Shown here in pieces: positions 37,358-44,653 of a stretch of 61,512 nt of DNA. Below the pieces are notes generated by a model. That model had not been told where the DNA came from, ran no database searches, and saw only the letters and a list, made by a program, of their open reading frames with translations. The position numbers were made by a program, and so were the translations under genes. The stretch's first letter is position 1. Every line of letters begins with the position of its first letter. Origin of the DNA: Spirochaetaceae bacterium (GTDB lineage: Bacteria; Spirochaetota; Spirochaetia; DSM-27196; SLST01); NCBI GenBank assembly GCA_007118855.1, contig SKQU01000134.1, positions 1-61,512 of the forward strand, given 5' to 3'.

Positions 37358-39465
37358 TCCGACTCCAGGTAGGCGTGGATGAGTGCGGGGTTCGTGGGAA
37401 TCTGATCCATGGAGCGACCGGTGGCCTGACTGACCGCGGCGGCGAGCGCCGCCGGTATGCAGCTCTGGGGCAGCTCTCCGAGTCCCTCGGGGTCGGACTC
37501 TTCGGAGTTGAGCAGCGTGATGTTGATCCCTGGAAGCACCGGCGCGCTCACGTTCCGGTACGCCAGGTAGGAGCGGGGGTCGATCGCGCCTCCGCGGTAG
37601 ACGATGAGCTCGTGCGTCGCCCACTCCACAGCCTGGTACACGCCCATCTCGAGCGCTCGGCGGGCCTCGCTCTCATCGAGGATGCGACCGGCGTCCACGG
37701 CGAGCCACACGGTCTCCACGTGCGATTCGAAGGTTACCGGGTCGACTCCCACCTCCACCACCGCGGCGCCGTAGGATGCCCGCGGGAAGGGAGTCCCATT
37801 CAGCGTGTCCGGATCGAACCCGCCGGATCTGTGCGTTCGGCTCGACCGCCGCACCTCGATCGGAAGCGGCGAGCGGAACCGCTTTTTCTGGATCGCATTG
37901 CACGCCTGATCGATCAGGCGGCTGATCGTCGCGACGTTCCGCGACAGGGTTGACGGTCCGGAGTCGGGCGTGGCCGACGTATCGGTATTCTCAACGGTGA
38001 CGCTTGCCGGGTCGAGCCCGAGGATCTGAGCAATCTGTGCTCGCCAGCGTGCGATAACGACCCGCGTCCCCGGCACTGCCGAGGTCCGCAGTATCGCCGA
38101 CCCGTCGCTCTGCAGGCGCACGACAACCGAGCCGCCTCCCAGCAGCTCGGGCGAGCCGAGGAACCCGGCTCCCTGCGCGCCAACCGCGATCCCGATGCCG
38201 TGAGTCGGCTTGAGTCCGTCCGCAAAGGCTTTTCTGCGCTTCTTCTGCAGCTCGTAGGCGGCGAACTTGCGCGAGAAGTCACTTTCGCGCGCGACCGGCT
38301 CAAGCACCCGTTCGATCCGCGAGAGGCGTGCGCGCGCGGCCGGCGTGGTGCCGCCGGTGCTCGTCCCGACCCGGGCGGCGAGGTTCTTCCTGCGCCAGCT
38401 CAACGGGTCGACTCCACAGATCTCCGCGACGCGAGTGACGTGGGTTTCCGTCGCGAAGAACGCTGAAGAGGAGCCGAAACCGCTGAGCACATTCAGCGGA
38501 GGCAGGTTTGTGCGTGCGGCCACGATACTCACCCGCAGGTCGCGGCACTCATAGGTCATCATCGCGGCCGCGATCACGCGGTCGCAGATTTCGCGTGTGA
38601 AGAGCCCGTACGCTCCGGCATTGTAGGTGATCTCGATGTCTGCTCCGGTCAGACCTCCGTCGTCGGAGACGCCCGTTACGTAGTGGAAGACAAAGGGCGC
38701 GCGCTTCGGTGTGAATCGAAAGTCCTCGGTGTTCGAGTAGACGAGTTTGACCGGTCGGCCGGTAGCGCGTGCGAGCAGAGCGGCGTGCGCCGCCACGATG
38801 GACGGATACCAGAGCTTCCCGTCGAGGGCGATGCCGGGATCCGCCGGACGAACGATCACGTCGTCTGAGGCGAGGTCAAGGCAGGCGGCGACGGTCGCGC
38901 GCACGTGAAACGGCCATTGGGTCGCCGATCTGATAACCAGCCGGCCGTCTTCAAAGAGCGCGACCGCGCCCTGCGGTTCGTTGTACAGGTGCTCCTGGAT
39001 TTCCGTGTGGTAGGTGCCTTCCACCCGGTGTGCGCTCGCGGCGATTGCCGAATCTACGTCGCCGCGCTCCGCGGTTCGGCGGGCGATGACTTGTGAGAGC
39101 GCGGCCGGCGTGAAGGAGAAGGCCGGCGGCAGTTCCTCGTAGTCGATGTCGATCGCTCTCATCGCGTTGACGACCGCCCGTTGAGAGGGACCGGCGATGA
39201 CCGCCACCGGTTCACCGAGATACCGGCAATCGTCTTCGGCGAGCAGCGGCATCGTCTCCCCGTCGATGCAGAGGAGATTCCGACCGGGAATCTCGCGCGC
39301 CGTGATGCACAGAATATCCTCCGGCAGGTCCATGCGGGCTATCGAACGGATTGAAGCCCGGGCGAAGGGGCAGCGCAGCGTTGCTCCGTAGAGCATGTCC
39401 CTCGTGTAGATATCGCTGATGAAATCGCCGCGCCCTTTCAGCGCCTGACGGACGGTTTTTGCCAT
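37354..39465 (-). CDS. xanthine-dehydrogenase/aldehyde-oxidase-family large (molybdopterin) subunit, divergent
   Basis: a/b-hammerhead N-terminus (RGDFISDIY..YGATLRCPFARASI), the middle of the family fold, and C-terminal GLGE. The expected GGGFGGK reads PGIALDGK. ATG 39465 lies 1 nt after the upstream stop. Confidence 0.8.
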   Translation of the reverse strand: MAKTVRQALKGRGDFISDIYTRDMLYGATLRCPFARASIRSIARMDLPEDILCITAREIPGRNLLCIDGETMPLLAEDDCRYLGEPVAVIAGPSQRAVVNAMRAIDIDYEELPPAFSFTPAALSQVIARRTAERGDVDSAIAASAHRVEGTYHTEIQEHLYNEPQGAVALFEDGRLVIRSATQWPFHVRATVAACLDLASDDVIVRPADPGIALDGKLWYPSIVAAHAALLARATGRPVKLVYSNTEDFRFTPKRAPFVFHYVTGVSDDGGLTGADIEITYNAGAYGLFTREICDRVIAAAMMTYECRDLRVSIVAARTNLPPLNVLSGFGSSSAFFATETHVTRVAEICGVDPLSWRRKNLAARVGTSTGGTTPAARARLSRIERVLEPVARESDFSRKFAAYELQKKRRKAFADGLKPTHGIGIAVGAQGAGFLGSPELLGGGSVVVRLQSDGSAILRTSAVPGTRVVIARWRAQIAQILGLDPASVTVENTDTSATPDSGPSTLSRNVATISRLIDQACNAIQKKRFRSPLPIEVRRSSRTHRSGGFDPDTLNGTPFPRASYGAAVVEVGVDPVTFESHVETVWLAVDAGRILDESEARRALEMGVYQAVEWATHELIVYRGGAIDPRSYLAYRNVSAPVLPGINITLLNSEESDPEGLGELPQSCIPAALAAAVSQATGRSMDQIPTNPALIHAYLESE

Positions 39466-39466
39466 G

Positions 39467-40639
39467 CTACGAACCGTACGCGCTGTCTCCGACCGTTCTG
39501 ACCGCCTCCGCGACACGGGCGACCTCGTCGTCGCTGAGCCCGGGGTAAATCGGCAGGCTGATCGAGCGCGTATACACGTCCAATGATACCGGAAAATCGT
39601 GCGGCTTCAAGCCGTACCGGTCGCGGTAGTAGGGCATCAGATGCAGCGGGACGTAATGCACGCTCGTGCCTATGCCGAGCTCAGCGAGGCGGTCGATGAA
39701 TGCCTTGCGGTCGATGGAGAGCCGCTCCCGGCGGATCCGGACGACGTAGAGATGGCAGCTGCTCTCGGGGCAGACCGGCGGAAGCTCGAGGTAGTCGCGG
39801 TCGGCGAGGTGGGCCCGGTAGGTCGCCGCGATTCGCCGGCGCGCCTCGAGGAAACCGAGGGCCTTTCGCAGCTGCTCCCGTCCAATCGCCGCAAGGATGT
39901 CCGGCATATTGTACTTGAACCCGGCGTCAACCACCTCGTACTCCCAGGAGGGCCTGTCCGCGGTAAAACGGTCCCACACCTCGCGATCTATCCCGTGCAG
40001 CCGCATCGTTTTCATCCGTCTGGCCCGTTCGGCATCGTCGGTGACGATCATGCCGCCCTCGCCGGTGGTCATCGTCTTGGTCGCATAGAAGCTGTACACC
40101 CCAATGTCACCGATCGTACCGAGCGGCCGATCTCTGTACGACCCCGGAAAGGCGTGCGCGGCGTCCTCCACGACCGGCATCCCGTGGCGGCCAGCTATGG
40201 AGGTGATACGGTCCATCGCGCACGGGTAGCCCCCGAAATGCACCGGCAGAATCGCCTGGACCGCGTTCTCGCGGTCGATCGCCCGCTCGATCCCGTCGGG
40301 ATCGATGTTGAGGTCTTCGCCGCGGATGTCGACGAATACCGGGTCGGCCCCCAGATACCGGACGACCTCCGCGGAGGCGGTGAAGGTATGGGGGGTCGTG
40401 ATGACCTTCCCGCCTCGAACACCGGCGGCCTCGAGCGCAAGATGCAGCCCCGAGGTCGCCGAGTTGACGCTGATCGCGAAGGCGCTGCCGACGGCCGCGG
40501 CGAACTCCTCCTCGAACGCCCGTGCTTCACCGGCGGTCGTCAGCCACCCGCTTCGTAGAACCCGCAGAACCGCCGCCTCCTCCTCCGGGCCGAGCGTCGG
40601 GCGGTGGAACGGAATCCGGTCCTCAGTACTCAGGCTCAT
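39467..40639 (-). CDS. DegT/DnrJ/EryC1/StrS-family PLP-dependent sugar aminotransferase
   Basis: IPFHRPTLGPEEE, NSATSGLHLALEA, SFYATKTMTTGEGG (PLP-Lys context) and HLYVVR motifs. Confidence 0.9.
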   Translation of the reverse strand: MSLSTEDRIPFHRPTLGPEEEAAVLRVLRSGWLTTAGEARAFEEEFAAAVGSAFAISVNSATSGLHLALEAAGVRGGKVITTPHTFTASAEVVRYLGADPVFVDIRGEDLNIDPDGIERAIDRENAVQAILPVHFGGYPCAMDRITSIAGRHGMPVVEDAAHAFPGSYRDRPLGTIGDIGVYSFYATKTMTTGEGGMIVTDDAERARRMKTMRLHGIDREVWDRFTADRPSWEYEVVDAGFKYNMPDILAAIGREQLRKALGFLEARRRIAATYRAHLADRDYLELPPVCPESSCHLYVVRIRRERLSIDRKAFIDRLAELGIGTSVHYVPLHLMPYYRDRYGLKPHDFPVSLDVYTRSISLPIYPGLSDDEVARVAEAVRTVGDSAYGS

Positions 40640-42095
40640 ACTCCGGCATCTCGAGACTACGCACGTGCGTCGTCAGCAAGCCTCGCAGCCGCCGCCGATT
40701 GCGGTAGTCGTCCGGTCGCTCGGGGTCAAGGAAACAGATCGGACGCAGCTCGCTGATAAGGTCCGCCAGATCCGGGACGAAGTGCCCGGGGTCGGTTACC
40801 CGGTTGAGCCGGGGATGCTCGGTCGGTTCCGGTCGCTCGGAACTCTCGTAGAGCGATTCGTGCCGTTTCTCTCCCGGTCTCAACCCTACGACTTCAACCT
40901 TGATGTCCTGCTCCGGCTCGAACCCGTAGAACCTGATCATCTGTTCGGCGAGATCGCGGATACGCACGGGTTCACCCATGTCGAGGATGTAGAGCTCTCC
41001 GGCCCTTCCGACGCCTCCGGCCTGCAGGACGAGCGAGGCCGCCTCGCTGATCGTCATGAAGTAGCGCGTCGTCTCGGGATCGGTCAGCGTCACCGGTCCA
41101 CCCCGCAGAATCTGCTTGCGGAACAGCGGGATGATGCTCCCGCTCGATCCGAGCACATTGCCGAAGCGTACGACCATGTAGGCGTGACCGTCCCCGTTAC
41201 GGCTGAGCACGATCTGTTCGGCGATGCGCTTGGAGGCACCGTAGACGCTCTTCGGCTCGACGACCTTGTCGGTGGAGATCATCACGAACCTCGGTACCCC
41301 GGCCGCCTTCGCCGCCCGCACGAGGTGCTCGGTCCCGAAGACGTTGTTCTTGATCGCCTCTACCGGATTTGCTTCCATCATGGGAACATGCTTGTGCGCC
41401 GCCGCGTGAAACACGACGTCGGCCCGCAGCCTGCCGAGGATGAAGCGCGTGTAGTCGGCGTCCTGGAGCTCGCCGACGACCGGTACGATCGTCGCTCGCT
41501 CACCGACGCCCTCCTCCTGCAGGAGCTTGAGCTCCCGGTCGATCTCGTAGAGCGAGTTCTCGCAGTGATCGAACAGGTAGAGTCGCTCGGCCCCCCCCGA
41601 AAGCAACTGTCGGGCGAGCTCGCTGCCGATGCTGCCGCCGGCGCCAGTGATCACGACTCGTCGGTCGCGCAGGTAGGCGAGGCTCTCGCGCAGGTTGATC
41701 CGAACGGGGTTGCGCCCGAGGAGGTCTTCCGGGTCGATCTCGCGCGTCTGGATGAGGTGTGCCTCTCCGTCGACGAGTTGGGCGACGCCCGGCACGATAC
41801 GCACCCGGGTGAACCCGGCGCGTCGAAGGAGGAGGTAGATCTGCTTCAGGCGTTCGCGCGCGATTCCGGGCATCGCGATGAGCGCTTCGTCGGCAGGGGT
41901 GCGGTGCAGCAGATCAATGACGTCGTTGATCGGGCCGAGGACCGGTATCTCGTCGATTCTCGTCCCGATCTTCTCGCGGTCGTCGTCGAGGAAGGCGACC
42001 ACCTCGCCGAGGATCCCCTTTCGGCGAATCTCCGCCGCGATGGACGCGCCGGCGAAGCCCGCGCCGATGATGTAGATTCTGTTCGTCTTCTTCAT
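40623..42095 (-). CDS. NDP-sugar 4,6-dehydratase/epimerase (CapD/PglF/WbpM family, soluble form)
   Basis: N-terminal Rossmann IIGAGFAG, second Rossmann VITGAGGSIGSEL, MISTDKVV, and YGASKRIAE (YxxxK). Confidence 0.9.
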   Translation of the reverse strand: MKKTNRIYIIGAGFAGASIAAEIRRKGILGEVVAFLDDDREKIGTRIDEIPVLGPINDVIDLLHRTPADEALIAMPGIARERLKQIYLLLRRAGFTRVRIVPGVAQLVDGEAHLIQTREIDPEDLLGRNPVRINLRESLAYLRDRRVVITGAGGSIGSELARQLLSGGAERLYLFDHCENSLYEIDRELKLLQEEGVGERATIVPVVGELQDADYTRFILGRLRADVVFHAAAHKHVPMMEANPVEAIKNNVFGTEHLVRAAKAAGVPRFVMISTDKVVEPKSVYGASKRIAEQIVLSRNGDGHAYMVVRFGNVLGSSGSIIPLFRKQILRGGPVTLTDPETTRYFMTISEAASLVLQAGGVGRAGELYILDMGEPVRIRDLAEQMIRFYGFEPEQDIKVEVVGLRPGEKRHESLYESSERPEPTEHPRLNRVTDPGHFVPDLADLISELRPICFLDPERPDDYRNRRRLRGLLTTHVRSLEMPEYEPEY

Positions 42096-42103
42096 CGCCT
42101 CGC

Positions 42104-42637
42104 TCAGTTCTCCGGGGCCGGCGAACTGGATGGCACGAGGACCTCGAAGCCGAAGTCGACGAGGAAGGTCTCCTGGTACAGATCCAGGCGAACCTTGGCC
42201 CGCTGCTTGCGGCGGTCGACCTTGACGATGCGTCCCTCCAGGCCCGCGAGCGGGCCCTCGGCGACTTCTATGCGCGAGTGCTCGTCGAAGGTGACCAGGC
42301 TCTTCCCGATTACGTCCCCGAATCGGACGAAGTGCGCCACCAGTTGCAGATCGTCTCCGGACAGCTCCCGAATCCGATCGTTACTCTCCAAGAATCGGTA
42401 GAATCCGGGCAGGCGCTTAACGGTTCGGAAGATCTCTTCGGTGACGACCCCGGTTTCGAGAAAGAGATACCCGGGAAAGACGGGTGCGAGCGATTCCTCG
42501 CTCTTGCCCCGGCGGCGCACGGTCAGTCTGCGTCGGGGCCAATGGAATCGCGCCAGGTCGGCAGGGAGGAGCTTCGCGGCCATCGTCATGAAGCGTGCCT
42601 CCGTGCGGGGCTCGACGCTGACGACGAAATAGCTCAT
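42104..42637 (-). CDS. NusG-family paralog (UpxY/LoaP/RfaH-like specialised antiterminator)
   Basis: NGN-like domain (YFVVSV...FPGYLFLE) plus a KOW-like segment (EGPLAGLEGRIVKVDRRKQRAKV). ATGA overlap with the wzz-like gene. Confidence 0.7.
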   Translation of the reverse strand: MSYFVVSVEPRTEARFMTMAAKLLPADLARFHWPRRRLTVRRRGKSEESLAPVFPGYLFLETGVVTEEIFRTVKRLPGFYRFLESNDRIRELSGDDLQLVAHFVRFGDVIGKSLVTFDEHSRIEVAEGPLAGLEGRIVKVDRRKQRAKVRLDLYQETFLVDFGFEVLVPSSSPAPEN

Positions 42638-44052
42638 GAGCGCTTGCGGATACGGAACTGGTCCTTGATGGCCTCGATCTTGTGCGACTCGAGGGGGTCG
42701 CGCTGCGCTCTGTCGAAGTATTCGAGCACGAAGGCGAGGAAGACCGAGAGGAAGAAGGCGGTGATCGTCACGATCATCGAGATCGTGCCGCGGTTCGGCC
42801 CGGCCTTCTCCAACGGTACCTCCGGGGCCTCGATCACCTGGAACCGCCGCGACGTGTCCTGACTCTCGATCCGCGCCCGGACGAGCTCGGACTGGAAGGT
42901 CGTGAAGATCTGCTCCTTCAGCGAGAGCTCACGCTGGAGGTCCGCGTACTCTGCGGTGAGCGGGCCAACCCGGTCGAGCGGTATCGTGACCGGCGAATAG
43001 AGCCGGTAACCGGTCTCCAGCTCGGATATGAGCTGCTCTATTCTGCGGATATTCTGGTTGAAGCGCTGGATCTGCGGATCGGTTCGGTCCTGTACGAGCT
43101 CGAAGACCTGCTCGCGCTCGAGCTCGAGCTGGAACTTCTGGCGTCGGAACTCGGATATCAGGTCGACGGTCTGACGTCCCTGGCTCGACGGATCGAAGAC
43201 GCCGTAGCGGCGCTGAAAGTCGGTGAGTGCCCGTCGCGCGATGAGCAGATCGTCCTCGAGCTGCCGCAGCTGCGACTCGATTGCCTCAGTCCGGGCGCGC
43301 GCTTCATCGCGCGTGAGAAAAGTGAAGCGTGATTCGATCAACGCGACGGTGCGCTGCAGCACGTCGGTCGCATAGACCGGGTCGATACTCTCGAACGAAA
43401 TGGTGAGGACACCGCTGTCGGCCTTGAAGTCGCTCGAGAGCGAAGAGCGTACCGCGCGTCGGGCCGCCGCGAGCGGGAATTCGGATTCCCTGAAGCTTTC
43501 AAGGAGATCGAACTCCTCCACGATCTGGTCGATGAGACTGCGGCCGTCGAGCAGTTCCTGGACGAGTGCCGCGCTCCCTTCGCCTTCGCCTCGTCCGAGC
43601 GACGCGAGCCCGGCGAGAATTCCGAGGTCCCCCGATCCGAGCGCTCCCGATACGCCGGGATGACGCGCTCCGGGATCGGCGAGCAGGATCTGCGCCTGCG
43701 AGCGGTAGAAGTTCGGCATGGGGTTCCGGGGCGAGTCGGCCGGTAACCGTATGGTGTAGAGCGAGAAGAGGACGATCCCTATCGCGGCGAAAAAGGTCGT
43801 GAAGAAGATCAACCGCCAGCGCTTCGCGAGGACCGCGAGGAGGTCGAGCAAGGAGACGGTGTCGTCATTCGCGGGCGGCGCGGACGGCACCGTCGATCTC
43901 TCGGCGGACGGCGCCTGCGCCTGTGTCTCGGATCGTTGGCTCTGGTCGTTCGAGCCGTTGTTCTCGTGCGAATCGCTCACTCGCTGGGACCCCTTGGTGC
44001 GGCTCGTGGGCCGGTATGTGGAGAAGCTACCACGAGAACTGCAAATCATCAA
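42634..44052 (-). CDS. polysaccharide chain-length determinant (Wzz/GumC, PCP family)
   Basis: N-terminal TM after LLDLLAVLAKRWRLIFF, a long coiled-coil periplasmic region, and a C-terminal TM (ISMIVTITAFFLSVFLAFVLEYF). No kinase domain. GTG 43980 is an alternative start. Confidence 0.8.
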   Translation of the reverse strand: MMICSSRGSFSTYRPTSRTKGSQRVSDSHENNGSNDQSQRSETQAQAPSAERSTVPSAPPANDDTVSLLDLLAVLAKRWRLIFFTTFFAAIGIVLFSLYTIRLPADSPRNPMPNFYRSQAQILLADPGARHPGVSGALGSGDLGILAGLASLGRGEGEGSAALVQELLDGRSLIDQIVEEFDLLESFRESEFPLAAARRAVRSSLSSDFKADSGVLTISFESIDPVYATDVLQRTVALIESRFTFLTRDEARARTEAIESQLRQLEDDLLIARRALTDFQRRYGVFDPSSQGRQTVDLISEFRRQKFQLELEREQVFELVQDRTDPQIQRFNQNIRRIEQLISELETGYRLYSPVTIPLDRVGPLTAEYADLQRELSLKEQIFTTFQSELVRARIESQDTSRRFQVIEAPEVPLEKAGPNRGTISMIVTITAFFLSVFLAFVLEYFDRAQRDPLESHKIEAIKDQFRIRKRS

Positions 44053-44143
44053 TACGGCGCACCTCTACGTCAGCCGCTGTGCGGGCCTTATTGATCGCCC
44101 GGCGAGTGCCGATACTCTTTCAAGAGATCTGTACGAGGTGACC

Positions 44144-44653
44144 ATGAACCGACAGCGTTTGCCCATGGGTATCATCCTGTTCGCGGTGTTGCTGTACCCG
44201 GTGTCGGCCGAGACGATTGCGGTTGCGGTGGCGTATCACGACGCTGAGGATCGCGCTCTCGTGCTCGGCGAACTGGTCGAGCAGGGCGCGATGGAGTATC
44301 TTTTCCAGCAGGGACACATCGTCTTTAACATCGACGTGGACCCGGAAAACGATCACTACGCGTACCGGGCGATCGACGAGGCTCGGGAAGGCGGTGCTTC
44401 GTACCTGTTCATCATCGACGTGGCCTGGGATGTGGCTCCCGCTCGCGGGCTGCTTCCCCGCCGTCTTCTGGTTCGCGCGATAGCCGTGACCTCCGAAGAG
44501 GAGATCACCCGCAGCACGCTCGACGCCGCGTCATTCGACCGCTTCGCTGAGATGAACGCCCGGGCGATGGCCGAACGCATCGGTGCCGCCGGAGCTGAGG
44601 CTGCGCTCGACGGGATGCGTCGCAGCGCCGCAGGAGGCGGCTCGACATGGTAG
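44144..44653 (+). CDS. secreted hypothetical protein
   Basis: ATG 44144 is preceded by GAGGTG. Signal peptide MNRQRLPMGIILFAVLLYPVSA. Overlaps the next gene by 7 nt. Confidence 0.5.
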   Translation: MNRQRLPMGIILFAVLLYPVSAETIAVAVAYHDAEDRALVLGELVEQGAMEYLFQQGHIVFNIDVDPENDHYAYRAIDEAREGGASYLFIIDVAWDVAPARGLLPRRLLVRAIAVTSEEEITRSTLDAASFDRFAEMNARAMAERIGAAGAEAALDGMRRSAAGGGSTW

